Source: a virus
Taxonomy: Duplodnaviria; Caudoviricetes
Virus record (IMG/VR): IMGVR_UViG_3300009160_000050
Location: 1 to 58,369 of that record
Direction: 5' to 3' (one strand)
DNA: 58,369 bases
Position 1 is the stretch's first letter; every line of letters starts with the position of its first letter. The translations under genes were made by a program, and so were the position numbers. This document shows positions 11,901 through 22,242 of the stretch, in pieces. The notes beneath the pieces were generated by a model that was not told the DNA's origin, made no database searches, and worked only from the letters and a program-made list of their open reading frames with translations.

Positions 11901-14465
11901 ACTGATTTTGCATTACGCTCTAAGATAATTCCATATATCACTAAATGGGGAATCAAAAATGGACTTGATTCTCGCGATAATCCATATCGATTAAATACTG
12001 AAATTGTGTTTGGTAGAAATAATTTTTCACCTGACCATACAGATCGTTCTCAAAATCCAGATAACTTTACCCACGAGTGGTTTTATATAGAGAGCAAATT
12101 TAATTATGTAGATGCGCTAGAATCAATAAAACAAAATACATATTATTTTGATACACCGTTTGATCTTACTCAATTATTAAGCGACCCAGAATATTTTATC
12201 AATTATTTTACTTATTCACCACAGTTTGGAACAGATACTAATGGTGAACCGATTGACGTTGCTAGTGCACAATTTAGATATTCAAATATCTTTAAAAATG
12301 CCGCAGGTCAATATGAAACTTTCTTTAAAGGCTTTAAAGTCTTATTTAAAGACGTACATGATTCCGCTGTGCTTGGTGAAGACGGAAAACCTGTTGCAAA
12401 AAAGGAAACTTCTAGATTTGATAATTATAAATTTAGCTGTATCTTAAAACCAGTAAAAGAAGATTTTTTCAATCGTACTCAACCTCCTATAAGTTTTAAA
12501 TTTATTGAGCACAAAGACTATAAGTTTATTGTGCTCGTAATTGAGATAGCAATAGGATCAATTGATGATATTGGCGCTTGGTGGTTAGGAGATTTTCCTC
12601 CAGGCTTCTATATTCCTCGACAAAGACTCGTTAGTGGCGATCCTGCAGTAGTTTCCACATCAACCAATGTACACTGGGCAACCAGCGCATTCTCTAATTT
12701 TGAAACTATCTATGGAGATTACAGAATCAAGTTTGACCAAGTAGACGGTGTCGACATATCAAACATTAATCATAACTTACTCTATTCGCTAAAGAATAAA
12801 AAATATAATATTCGACTAGATAATTTTTCAAACATTAAATTATCATCTCAGCTAGGATTAGCAGTTGGTGGTATCGAATTTTTAACTTCAACTAACGGAA
12901 CTATTAAGAAGAGCGAAATTGCACAAATTACAAATTATCCAGACTCGCTATCTGATGAGTTTACTCCAACCTCAAACTTGGGATTATTTGCAATGAAGAA
13001 TATGTCAAGTGGAGTATTTTATATTATTGATCAGACTCAAGCACTAGTTCCAACTAACTCAAATCCAATTGATGCTGCACTCGATGATAAACTTATTTTT
13101 AACTTAGATATTACTACGCCATCTAGTGATTTAAGCCTAGTTACTCTAGTTGCAGGCCCACCATACACTACAATCTATCAGACTCTTCCGTTGTCTACTG
13201 GTTTTGCTGCTACTATACGAAATTATTACTCTTTCTTTGTAATCGGAGGTGGTAAAAATTACTTTGAAAAATTATTCCAAAAGCTTTCTTTTTCAAAGTT
13301 TAAAAGCTATGTAAATTCTCTTGATCCAATTATTAAATTTGAATCATACTCACTAGATTCAAATGGAGTGAGTCAATTAGCCACAAATCCTAGATACTAT
13401 ATTGAAGTGCCAGACATTTCTCATGTTCAACTTACTAGTCAAATTATTGTTAACTCTGATATTGATACTCCAACTCAATTTTCTTTTGACAAAGAAATAG
13501 GATACCAGTACGAGCAAGCAGCTCTAAATAATGTAATCGAATTTAATAGATATAAAGGAGAATATGAACCGCTCGTAAAAGACGTACTCTATTGCAAATC
13601 TAATTTCAAGTTTTTCAAAAATAAGATTAACGACTTAAAATTAAGTAACGTTCGTTTAAATTCTCAAATTAGTGAGCTTTTAACCCTATCTAACTTTAAT
13701 CATATTAAAGTTTCAGATACAAAGATTTTAGACCTCGAATCAGACTCTAAGTATACTCCAATTTATCCTAAGATTGGAGAAGTTGCAATCGGTCAAGCTG
13801 ATTACTTCTTACTAAATAGTAACTGGGATTGGGGCTTCCATCATAAATATTCTAGCAAAACAGTCTATTCTCCAGTATCTGGAGCACTACGCGTAGAAGA
13901 GGACGAAAACTTCCTTGGTAAAATCCTGATCGTGCCAAATACTATTAACTTAGAACAGTTTACTATTACTACTCTTACACCTAACCAAAAGTTAGAGGAC
14001 GTAGATTTAACACAAATTGAAATGGTAGTAAAAGAAAACGAGTTGCAAGTAGACGGATACCTTAACTTAAACAATGCAATCACGACCTACTTGCTAAATG
14101 ATGGAATTGAACAAAAGTTTAACCAATACCTAGTTGACTCTAGCGCCTACATTGGAAACTATGGGTCGATCCAAGAATACGTTAAAGATTATATTAAGAT
14201 TAATATTTTAAAATTATATGACATAACTACTGCAGACTTTTTTAGTAAAAGAGATGCTAAACTATTTTCTACAAGCAAAGTAAAAAATTCTAATACCGTT
14301 TCCTTTGATTTCTTAACTGACGCTCAGCGAGTTAAACTAGGATATTCAGAGTTTAAGAATGTACAAATAAATAAATCAGAACGACTCATACTCAAATTCA
14401 GTATTCCAAAATCAAATGATGCCGGATTAAGTATTAGTCCAACGATAAAAATTAAATTCATCTAA
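8901..14465 (+). CDS. Very large putative baseplate/tail structural protein
   Basis: 1854 aa. Contains VTVTSVTPHGYATDDLIIITS...GSYFITKVSDTQFTY, a beta module typical of phage baseplate wedge proteins. Confidence 0.55.
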   Translation: MATDLQYTKTLSPESSFQLVRTNPKLTGNIKLTLNEAGDMWLDSIKANLELAKDDYSRFPIDITQSLAANVYQFFKNGETPNEIIFGLTEGVDATKTSKDYKDQYDFSNYFSGVKYFPSNKYDERLSYFAPLYLKKEIPKYFVILKIKDPLNDPINISKSNFENGQSRADYLIGLFKDASIIKTFDLSENSKPGKFIRDYLNNKNFPISPLTVSFEEDEFTTWNGIVVNSGTLGNRGELLYSQYKSSTPLKFFEENITKGFERNGVIFPNILNLEFIFDDDTSENYDFNRYLGLYVNSIELSELDIDLERMYNERAIWLNTPRLRRPYLESEETTLAQTNTDGVVVPYKNLNFNMTEFEDIFSDSETLYFNYLTDKDNRLYLPKLEQPYSVDLSADLSVDLVGGGTTVTVTSVTPHGYATDDLIIITSSVTGLTGSYFITKVSDTQFTYLNSTVTASVTGSAATAIGVGKMILSNTNVDVANFFGPSNNLFLQDKGFGSNSAGFSYGVIKVKTNLSNLDEIKFYHPNGTNVDTVGKYDYFTAATGYSLTLNPGEYYAYNDYENIVGHDVFYFNPVGLANEVATAIAGCFNSLRNRTVTAYAYDEYVFIKCAAAGDFDSLHKLKFTSPSAQYSSVEIDETGGTQLVGTYFQFKGGSKATNNRLVIDRDHLAKIDQELDNLLVKTNGSWSKIKKTSGYVDLITEENLTSIKAKKSAIDNFLNKMVVTLENEESPNIQYGDFIMRKKFRPEFGLISLFPIKDIDFDFYTSGYLNFPLIDLYQYYYIPSDYPLLEPGTQYICINSGTGIINDPTMQATSTTAINLSAILSLSIVTVNVGTATTYGFANAFQTIQVQYDAENYFYGTVNTYNPLTGDLLLDVANSLTQVKYTSATALSSWTIFQIAAPTISSGGFFPFKVNQTCSYSNLVGFPVVSYSSGTAVYNPLTYPIHDENSELKNFPGFSILKDPAKVIAADLSDEYTIKTKYTNGLTNTEYDFYKENEATDFALRSKIIPYITKWGIKNGLDSRDNPYRLNTEIVFGRNNFSPDHTDRSQNPDNFTHEWFYIESKFNYVDALESIKQNTYYFDTPFDLTQLLSDPEYFINYFTYSPQFGTDTNGEPIDVASAQFRYSNIFKNAAGQYETFFKGFKVLFKDVHDSAVLGEDGKPVAKKETSRFDNYKFSCILKPVKEDFFNRTQPPISFKFIEHKDYKFIVLVIEIAIGSIDDIGAWWLGDFPPGFYIPRQRLVSGDPAVVSTSTNVHWATSAFSNFETIYGDYRIKFDQVDGVDISNINHNLLYSLKNKKYNIRLDNFSNIKLSSQLGLAVGGIEFLTSTNGTIKKSEIAQITNYPDSLSDEFTPTSNLGLFAMKNMSSGVFYIIDQTQALVPTNSNPIDAALDDKLIFNLDITTPSSDLSLVTLVAGPPYTTIYQTLPLSTGFAATIRNYYSFFVIGGGKNYFEKLFQKLSFSKFKSYVNSLDPIIKFESYSLDSNGVSQLATNPRYYIEVPDISHVQLTSQIIVNSDIDTPTQFSFDKEIGYQYEQAALNNVIEFNRYKGEYEPLVKDVLYCKSNFKFFKNKINDLKLSNVRLNSQISELLTLSNFNHIKVSDTKILDLESDSKYTPIYPKIGEVAIGQADYFLLNSNWDWGFHHKYSSKTVYSPVSGALRVEEDENFLGKILIVPNTINLEQFTITTLTPNQKLEDVDLTQIEMVVKENELQVDGYLNLNNAITTYLLNDGIEQKFNQYLVDSSAYIGNYGSIQEYVKDYIKINILKLYDITTADFFSKRDAKLFSTSKVKNSNTVSFDFLTDAQRVKLGYSEFKNVQINKSERLILKFSIPKSNDAGLSISPTIKIKFI

Positions 14466-14467
14466 AG

Positions 14468-17400
14468 ATGCCAATTAGAATAAACCTAAAAGAACTTTTT
14501 CCTGCTGATGCTCAAGAGATAACAGTAGATAAACTAAATTTTAACTTCAACAAGCTACTTGAACTTGGTATTGGAGAGCAAGGATTAAGAGGATTCTCTG
14601 GCGTCCAAGGTTCACCTGGACCTGGAGGTATTCCTGGTCCAACTGGCATTAGAGGTAATGCTTGGTTCCTGGATTCAGTATACGATCCAAATACCCTAAC
14701 TTTTACTGAACCTTTAATCGATGGAGATTTTTACCTAGATTCAACCACTTTTACGGTATGGCAATACAATGGCGCTACTTGGGATTTTGTATTTGACCTT
14801 ACTGCAATTATTAATTCATACTTAGCTGCATCACCTTCTCCTTTTTCTAGAGGATTAGGTATTGGTACACCAAAGGATGAACGATTTATTGTTTTTGGTC
14901 GTCGCGATGACAATATAAATGATAGTTCATTCGGTCAATCAAATAGTGCAAATAATGACGTGCTCTTCTTAAATAACTTTAATGAAGATGTACTAGCGGC
15001 ATTAATTCCTCCCGGATTTGATTATGGTCCAGCAACTAGCCCAACCGGTAGCCAGATTCCAGTCGGCGATCTTTTTACGTCATTACTTACAGTATACGTC
15101 GATCACCGAAATGGTATTCCAGGCAGATATCACCTAGAGTTTGGTGAATTGTATGAAGATAATACAGTTCCTGATCCTAACCCAATTTTAACTCAGGTTA
15201 CTCAAAACTTTAAAATGAAGTATCTTCGTGAGCAATCACTAATTGATACTGATATCTTTAATATTGCCCAGTTTTCAGTAGACGCTCCAGACACTTTTGC
15301 AGATAGTTCTAGAGTATTCAATGCGGTATTTCAATTTGATTCACCGCGTTGGGACGGAAGTTCTGCATCTGGCAAAACCAGTTCTCTCTATTTTGGTTCA
15401 CGATATGGACTAGACGAAATTGCTGGTTCTGCAAATACTATTGAAACGGATGGTATTCTTTTTTATGATCCTGCAGGTACACTACGTACCAACATAGGTA
15501 TTGCAAAAGAATATACTATTGCAAATTTTCCAACCGAGACTGGTTACGTAACGAACGATGGAACTGACAGCTATTTTATGCTCGATCACGCTGCAAATAT
15601 TTCATCAATATTCCTAAAAAATAAGACTTTACAGGACGGCGGTAATTTTATTCAATTAGGAACAACTGCACCTCGTACAATTGATACTGCAGTTGCACCA
15701 CTGGTTCCTACGTCAAGCCATGTTTTTTCTGCAATCGTTTCAGATAATGGAACTCTATATCATGTTGGTGGAGCTAAAAATTCTACACTAACCGTTGTAG
15801 ATGGAGGTGGCGGATACATGACAAAGTATTCAATACTTAATCCAAACAAACCACTTGCTGAGTGGTCTCAAAAATTATATGGAATGACCGATAATTTCAC
15901 TGTTGGTCTACCTGACTGCAGTAATACTTATCCATATCCACAATATCAAGGCTCAGATTACCCAATTCTTTCTAGTGTAGCAGATATGGCAATTGCTGGA
16001 GAAACAATGTATTTAGTAAACAACCAGTGTACCTTGCTTACTGCAAATTACTCAGACTTTAGTTCCTATTATTACCGTACCTATTTTCAAATATTAAAAT
16101 TAAATAGTATTGGCGAAACCGCACCAACTAGGCTTTCTAGATTAGGTTATGGAGAAACTGCAGGTACTGAAACTTTTCCTGTTTATGAAGACGATCCGTC
16201 AGAATTAAATTGTGCTTGGAGAATTAAGCTCAATGGTAATACTGCAATTGTTGCACGAAACGGTCTTCCTTGGGGAACAAATATCGTTACTCCAATGGGA
16301 GGTGCTTCAGGCTATATTTCAATGGCAACCGATAAACCATATACTGGAGGACTTGCTGCAATTGATATTACGGATCCTGCTAATCCAGTTATTATAGAAA
16401 ATGTAGACCTACCACTAAAAACCAGTCAAGAGGATATTTCTTCAATCCTAGATATTACAATCAATGATAATAAATTATATGCATTGACAGTTCGTCAGTC
16501 TATGGTGCCACTGATCACCAATACAGTATACTGGGGAGTTTTCATGGATGTATATGATATTTCTGGATTATCTAGTCCTACTTCAGTTCGCAGTTCTCGA
16601 ATGGTATGGTTTGGTCGCTCAGGTACCGCTATTGATGCAAACGTAGCACTCACAGATATTCAATGGAAGGCTAAGTCTAAATATGGTGCAATTGCAGCAA
16701 ATGACAAATACGTCTTTACTGGATACAGGGATAAAATAACTATTTATAATGCTTATCCTGGCACAAAGGTCCAAGCATATTGGGATCCAGCCGAGTGTCA
16801 ATACAACTACTCTCAAATTTCACCAACCGTGACACTAGACTTTGGAGGAAATCCTCAAGGTTGGGGCGGTAAAGAAATTTATGACATTAAGGTTCACGGA
16901 AACAGCTTATATGTATTAGCAAAAGCAGTTGACTTTGGAGGGGCTCGATACTTTGTGTTTAAGTACGATATCTCTGGAGGTTTATCCAATACTACTAGTT
17001 CCATTCCAAATGGAATCATTAAAGTTTGGCAAAAAGAGCTTTCTGCTCCTTGTTACAGATTTGAAATTATTGGTAAACATATTTATGCTCCTTTAACTTC
17101 AACTTCAGATAGTGACACAGGGTTACCATCATTAGATACTCTTGAATTTGATGGAATTTACACAAGCGGGGCGCATATTGAATCCTTACGTGCAGACAAA
17201 GCGGTAGTTGTTGGACCTGCGGAAATTGGTACTGACCTGAAAGTTAATAATAACTTACAGGTTGGTGGAGACTCTCTAATCAGCGGTAACTTATCTGTGA
17301 GCGGTAATTTAGAAGGTAATTTGACCCACGTGATAGTGAATCAGACTGCAAACCAGACATTTATATCAGATCTATTTACAACTAATTACGTTTCATTTGC

Positions 17401-17872
17401 CACAAAAGAGTTAGATACACTTAGCGAATTTACAGTAACAGGACCAGCAATCAATCGAGTATTTACTGCAAAAAATTCTGGTGTATATCAATTTAATTAT
17501 ACTACACGTTGGACTGCTGACACAGCGCTACAATTAGCTACATGTATAATTACGGCAGTCCTTAATGTGACTCCAAATACTTCCCTTGCTGCATCAGTTT
17601 CGCCATATACTAAATTACTTCATTTTACATATGAACTCGATGATTTAACTATACTTGGAACATCATTTCCTGGAGGAAGCACACCTAGCGATGACCTTAC
17701 GATATCTACTGGCAGTAAGGTTGGTATACGAACTCTTTCTGGAAACACTTCAATTTACCTTAATGAAGGAGACAAAGTAGGAATCGTAATGGGTTGGGTC
17801 GGTGGAGATTTAGGCGGTGACGTTGATTTAATCCTAGACGCCGTTGAACTTACTATCTCTAGACTAATTTAA
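14468..17872 (+). CDS. Tail fibre/receptor-binding protein: collagen-like N-terminus, propeller-like middle, C1q-like C-terminus
   Basis: Ten Gly-X-Y triplets (GEQGLRGFSGVQGSPGPGGIPGPTGIRGNA). LVIVD-like blade (GGLAAIDITDPANPVII). C1q-like FTAKNSGVYQFNY...IYLNEGDKV. Confidence 0.65.
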   Translation: MPIRINLKELFPADAQEITVDKLNFNFNKLLELGIGEQGLRGFSGVQGSPGPGGIPGPTGIRGNAWFLDSVYDPNTLTFTEPLIDGDFYLDSTTFTVWQYNGATWDFVFDLTAIINSYLAASPSPFSRGLGIGTPKDERFIVFGRRDDNINDSSFGQSNSANNDVLFLNNFNEDVLAALIPPGFDYGPATSPTGSQIPVGDLFTSLLTVYVDHRNGIPGRYHLEFGELYEDNTVPDPNPILTQVTQNFKMKYLREQSLIDTDIFNIAQFSVDAPDTFADSSRVFNAVFQFDSPRWDGSSASGKTSSLYFGSRYGLDEIAGSANTIETDGILFYDPAGTLRTNIGIAKEYTIANFPTETGYVTNDGTDSYFMLDHAANISSIFLKNKTLQDGGNFIQLGTTAPRTIDTAVAPLVPTSSHVFSAIVSDNGTLYHVGGAKNSTLTVVDGGGGYMTKYSILNPNKPLAEWSQKLYGMTDNFTVGLPDCSNTYPYPQYQGSDYPILSSVADMAIAGETMYLVNNQCTLLTANYSDFSSYYYRTYFQILKLNSIGETAPTRLSRLGYGETAGTETFPVYEDDPSELNCAWRIKLNGNTAIVARNGLPWGTNIVTPMGGASGYISMATDKPYTGGLAAIDITDPANPVIIENVDLPLKTSQEDISSILDITINDNKLYALTVRQSMVPLITNTVYWGVFMDVYDISGLSSPTSVRSSRMVWFGRSGTAIDANVALTDIQWKAKSKYGAIAANDKYVFTGYRDKITIYNAYPGTKVQAYWDPAECQYNYSQISPTVTLDFGGNPQGWGGKEIYDIKVHGNSLYVLAKAVDFGGARYFVFKYDISGGLSNTTSSIPNGIIKVWQKELSAPCYRFEIIGKHIYAPLTSTSDSDTGLPSLDTLEFDGIYTSGAHIESLRADKAVVVGPAEIGTDLKVNNNLQVGGDSLISGNLSVSGNLEGNLTHVIVNQTANQTFISDLFTTNYVSFATKELDTLSEFTVTGPAINRVFTAKNSGVYQFNYTTRWTADTALQLATCIITAVLNVTPNTSLAASVSPYTKLLHFTYELDDLTILGTSFPGGSTPSDDLTISTGSKVGIRTLSGNTSIYLNEGDKVGIVMGWVGGDLGGDVDLILDAVELTISRLI

Positions 17873-17885
17873 AAAATAGAAAAAC

Positions 17886-18221
17886 ATGAGCAATATATCA
17901 CATACACTAAAAGCAATCCGGTCAATTAATAATAAGGCAATGCCGCTCATTGATTTTACTGGAGAATTTCAAGATGATAAATTCGTACTTCTCTCTTGGA
18001 ATACTGAAAAATTGGGACCTGCTCCAACTCAAGAAGAAATTGATGCAGCAATTGCTACAGTTACTGAAGATATTCGATTAAATGGGTATAAAGAACTAAG
18101 AAAACGAGAATATCCTCCAATGACAGACTATCTTGATGGGGTAGTTAAAGGAGATCAGGCTCAGATTCAAGCCTATATTGATGCCTGCCTTGCGGTAAAA
18201 GCTAAATACCCAAAGCCTTAA
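17886..18221 (+). CDS. Tail fibre assembly chaperone-like protein
   Basis: 111 aa directly after the fibre gene. YKELRKREYPPMTDYLDGVVKG...AVKAKYPKP is typical of small proteins next to fibre genes. Confidence 0.6.
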   Translation: MSNISHTLKAIRSINNKAMPLIDFTGEFQDDKFVLLSWNTEKLGPAPTQEEIDAAIATVTEDIRLNGYKELRKREYPPMTDYLDGVVKGDQAQIQAYIDACLAVKAKYPKP

Positions 18222-19194
18222 AGGAACCTTCTCCAGAACCACTTACTTTTGCAGCAAGCTTGCGATATAAGTATTCTCCTCTAGAGTTAATGTAGGGTTC
18301 AAAGTATCTGAGCACATCTAATAGATTTGCAGAATCTTTTAATTTAAGAATTTTTGGGTCAATCTTAATCGTCTTGCTCGGTACTGACTGAATATAGTTC
18401 TTTACAAAAAATTCTCCAAACTTCTGATCCATATAGTCTGCATATGGACTATCTGCCAGCTGCGACAAGATAACTTCGCGATATTCTTCTGCATCAAATT
18501 CTCGCGCAAGGGCCGACCATTTGTAACCATTATACTTTCTAAGTTCATCCTGGTCTTTAAACTCTGCGCGTTCTCCAGCAATCGCTTTAATTTCTTCATC
18601 GGTTAGCACATAAAGTAGGTCAAAAAATGTCTTTAACGTAGGCGCCTTCATGAGATACGGGTATGCCTGTGCAGTATACCTATTCATTAGTCCAAGTCGA
18701 TAATTTCTTAAAAAATTAGGATCTTTATAATCGTTGTATGCATGTGTAATTTCATGCTGTAAAATATCAGTTAAGTAACCTTTAATTTCAGATAGGTCAA
18801 CCTTTTCTCCATGACGGTGTACTGTGAACTTACAATAAATCTCAAGCTTTACTTTTTCTCCCCTGCCTCTAACCAATCTCACTTTATTATAGTTTCTTTG
18901 ATAGTGTGCATCATAGGGAATTGGATCCTTCTGGTCGACTGCTGCAATCCGCAATATAATCATAAGTTCATCTATTGGAAAGTCACCAGCAGCCTTCTGG
19001 GAAACTTCCTGATAGGCATTATCGATTAATACGTCTTTACTAAAATTAGTAAAGCCTTTTTTAAATTTAAAGGCCGCGTATCGTTCAAGATCAGCCATTA
19101 TCTTTTTCTCAGCAATAGTAGCATACTCAGCTACAGTATTAGAAAAGCCTCTGGCTTCTAATATAAATTGATTAAATCCTTTAAGCATTTTCAA
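18202..19194 (-). CDS. Putative HExxH zinc metallopeptidase, likely internal head protein
   Basis: LQHEITHAYND and downstream TDEEIKA. N-terminus MKMLKGFNQFILEA resembles a T4 capsid-targeting sequence. Confidence 0.55.
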   Translation of the reverse strand: MKMLKGFNQFILEARGFSNTVAEYATIAEKKIMADLERYAAFKFKKGFTNFSKDVLIDNAYQEVSQKAAGDFPIDELMIILRIAAVDQKDPIPYDAHYQRNYNKVRLVRGRGEKVKLEIYCKFTVHRHGEKVDLSEIKGYLTDILQHEITHAYNDYKDPNFLRNYRLGLMNRYTAQAYPYLMKAPTLKTFFDLLYVLTDEEIKAIAGERAEFKDQDELRKYNGYKWSALAREFDAEEYREVILSQLADSPYADYMDQKFGEFFVKNYIQSVPSKTIKIDPKILKLKDSANLLDVLRYFEPYINSRGEYLYRKLAAKVSGSGEGSFKALGI

Positions 19195-19993
19195 ATTTCC
19201 ACTGGTCTAGCGTGAAAGGCATCATTTTTTCTAACCAGACATGCTGGTATAACTCTGCAATAATTAGGGGCTCAAAGTTAACCTTTTTTGCTATTCCCTT
19301 GTTTAGGAGCAGAGTGTCCTTTACTGTTTTAGCTACAAGTCTCTCGTCCTCGTCTTCTTGAATAACTACAAAGCAGACATTCTTTTTACTGGACAGGTTT
19401 TTGAGTTTTAGATCTTCGAGTCTTTCTATCTCGTCGCTAACTGCGTTCTTTTTAATTTCAGGCACAGTAATTGTTCTCACCTTTGAAAAAGTATAACCAA
19501 AGTTTCTTTTTCGGTCTTCGTTAAACTTCCATACTTGATACGCAGTTGTGCCTAACCTGTTGGTTACTACAAATATCTCTTTTTCAAGATGGATCTTTTC
19601 ATTCATGTGGAAAAGTTTAATCTTTCCAAGTATATCGAGATGAACCTTCATGTAGTCAATAATTAGGTTTAAAAACACATAGTTTGCATTCTTAAAAATG
19701 TCAGCAGTCTCTTCCGGCAGGTCATATAGCTTTTTTAAGTCATCCTGAATCTGTTTAATTCTTTCGTTTTTCCAGATCTCTTTAAATTTAGCAGTAAAGA
19801 TATTGCCATTTACTGCCAAGTTATTTAGGTTAAGCATATGGAACATGACCTCGTAAAAACGGTCAATATTATCAGCTTCAATTTCTTTCTTGTATTTTAG
19901 ACTTGCATCTAATAGCACATAGTTAAAATACTCCGCATCTAGGTAGGTTCCTTTGGTAATCCAAAGTGGGTCTAATATAAATTCTTTCTTCAC
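19181..19993 (-). CDS. Hypothetical protein
   Basis: ORF track gives 19181..20002 (TTG). GTG at 19993 fits better with the minus-strand ATAAATA at 20013-20019. Confidence 0.6.
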   Translation of the reverse strand: MKKEFILDPLWITKGTYLDAEYFNYVLLDASLKYKKEIEADNIDRFYEVMFHMLNLNNLAVNGNIFTAKFKEIWKNERIKQIQDDLKKLYDLPEETADIFKNANYVFLNLIIDYMKVHLDILGKIKLFHMNEKIHLEKEIFVVTNRLGTTAYQVWKFNEDRKRNFGYTFSKVRTITVPEIKKNAVSDEIERLEDLKLKNLSSKKNVCFVVIQEDEDERLVAKTVKDTLLLNKGIAKKVNFEPLIIAELYQHVWLEKMMPFTLDQWKFENA

Positions 19994-20092
19994 GTGAGTC
20001 AAGTATTTTTATTATTTATTTTACTACAGGTTGAATATCAGTTTAGTTTAGTATTGACAAATAAATAATAAAAAGTAAATAGCGACAGTAGA

Positions 20093-22237
20093 ATGACAAA
20101 AACTACAGTAAAGATATTAATCGACCCACAAAAGAATTCATTAACTTTTAGTCAAAATTTTAGGATTTTCTCAACTCTTGAGCCAATTACTGGAATTATT
20201 GAATTTACTGACTTCGTTGAAGATCTCATCCTAACCTCACCAGCGGCAATTGATTTAACTAATCTAAAGCGATATATTAGATACTCTAGAAATAGACTAG
20301 ACTGGTCTCTATGGTATGAAGTTGCACCAGGTAATATTGGTGATGCTGGTTCCATGTTCTTGGATAAAAATGACCACTTTTATTTTGAAGTAAAGTATGT
20401 ATATGATGACGGCACAGCAAATGAATTAGCTTCCCCAATTCAAATTAATGAAATTAAGCTAAGATTTGCAAACGGAGTTAGCTTGCCGACTACGTATGCA
20501 CCATCGACTGCGTGTTCAGACGAAAAATGTAATTCGATTATTAGTAATCGTGACCCAAGTTTTAGACCATATGAAGTAGGCAGTGCAGTTGGAATGTTCC
20601 AAGAACTTTCGTACTATACAAACCAGCTATATGGACACCAGGTTGTCTACTTTAGAACTTTACCTGAACTGGACAGTGCAGATTATGTATTTAAGGAGTG
20701 GACACTATATAAAAACGTAGATCGTAAGTGTATTAAAGTTTTAGTACCAAAGAACGCGTTTCCAAGTAATGCTCCAAAATATACTGAGTTTGGAATGGAC
20801 TTTCAGTTACCTTTTGAAATCCACCTTGACCACCGATATTTTCAATCTATTTTTGGTGCCAACTCTGAACCTAGAAAGAGGGACTTCTTGTATTTTCCTC
20901 TAATCAATCGTATGTTTGAGATTCAGGGTTCATACTTACACCGAGGATTTATGATGACTCCTACTTTCTGGAAGATTCAACTTAAGAAATTCAATCCAAA
21001 TATTGATATGTTGCTGAAGGACGAGACTCGTCACTTCCTAGACAACGTAATCACCAACGCTGAACAGTTATTTGGAGATGAGGTAAAGAAAGACATACAG
21101 GATGGAACTATGCCAGAACAATACAAAACTATTTCAACTACATTTGATTCTTCAAGAAGAGCAATCCATCCAGATGTTTCAATTAAACCGCTAAAATATA
21201 CATTTAATTTTGCAAGCTTAATTGAAAATTATTATGACTTTACCCAAATTCCTTTATCGGATCTAAGTTACGAATTGACCTCAACTCATCCACCAGTGGC
21301 AGAGAGCATGAATATTGAAAATCTGCGATCTCTTGATCCGCTGAGTGCACAGTTAAATGATGTAGTATTAGCATATCAAGGCAGTCAACTATTTACTGCA
21401 TGGAAAAATGGAGCGTTACTAACAAATGACAAAAACGTAAAAGGAACTTCTACTCTTTTCTGTAGAGTCAGAGGACCGTTTGATACTATCCCAAATAACG
21501 AAGGTCAATCAGTATCAGGAAGATATGTTAGAGTGGAAGGTTATCGTAATCTTTCATTTAAAGATCAACGCGATTTATTAATCGATACTATTGGTGTCAA
21601 CAAATATATTAAATTTAAAGTGAGACAGACCGGTGTAGTTTATTCAGCTCAACCTAAGTTTAATAAAACAGATTCTCAAAATCTTTCTTATACTAGCTTA
21701 TTTAATGTTCCTTCTACATCAGACGTAGTTAAATTTCTAGATGGATTTGATAACGAGACTGGTACTGGCGTTAAGATTGAAGGATTATTTACCCGATATT
21801 TTGCAACTCACCCAGAAGGAGACCTTGACTTGACAGTTACGATTAATTCTCAAGTAAAGAACTATACAATTGTAAACTTTAAGAGCGATGCATGGCATGC
21901 AATAGTAGTTTCTATTTCAAACGAGTTTAAACAGTGTGGAGTTTACGTATATTCAATTCAAGAGGATCCATCAGATATTATTAATCACAATGATTTTAAA
22001 ACTGTTTTCTCTAGTATCTCGTCTTTAGTTCAAACTGAATTTAATTTAGAGTCATACTATACGTTACCGGTTTCAAACTTGTTAATAACTAATTTACGTC
22101 TTTTCAATACAATGATTAAGGAAGAACAACATGACTTTATTCTAAGTCAACAGTTTATTAAGGACGAGTCAATGTTGCTATTGATTGATAACTGTAAACC
22201 TCAATTAAATCTTCCATACATCGCAAAAAATAGATAA
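20093..22237 (+). CDS. Neck/head-completion protein (T4 gp14-like core) with extra domains
   Basis: LYGHQVVYFRTLP...KYTEFGMDFQLPFEIHLD...FQSIFG...EPRKRDFLYFPLINRMFEI resembles gp14. Lies upstream of the gp15-like gene. Confidence 0.55.
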   Translation: MTKTTVKILIDPQKNSLTFSQNFRIFSTLEPITGIIEFTDFVEDLILTSPAAIDLTNLKRYIRYSRNRLDWSLWYEVAPGNIGDAGSMFLDKNDHFYFEVKYVYDDGTANELASPIQINEIKLRFANGVSLPTTYAPSTACSDEKCNSIISNRDPSFRPYEVGSAVGMFQELSYYTNQLYGHQVVYFRTLPELDSADYVFKEWTLYKNVDRKCIKVLVPKNAFPSNAPKYTEFGMDFQLPFEIHLDHRYFQSIFGANSEPRKRDFLYFPLINRMFEIQGSYLHRGFMMTPTFWKIQLKKFNPNIDMLLKDETRHFLDNVITNAEQLFGDEVKKDIQDGTMPEQYKTISTTFDSSRRAIHPDVSIKPLKYTFNFASLIENYYDFTQIPLSDLSYELTSTHPPVAESMNIENLRSLDPLSAQLNDVVLAYQGSQLFTAWKNGALLTNDKNVKGTSTLFCRVRGPFDTIPNNEGQSVSGRYVRVEGYRNLSFKDQRDLLIDTIGVNKYIKFKVRQTGVVYSAQPKFNKTDSQNLSYTSLFNVPSTSDVVKFLDGFDNETGTGVKIEGLFTRYFATHPEGDLDLTVTINSQVKNYTIVNFKSDAWHAIVVSISNEFKQCGVYVYSIQEDPSDIINHNDFKTVFSSISSLVQTEFNLESYYTLPVSNLLITNLRLFNTMIKEEQHDFILSQQFIKDESMLLLIDNCKPQLNLPYIAKNR

Positions 22238-22242
22238 AGTTA

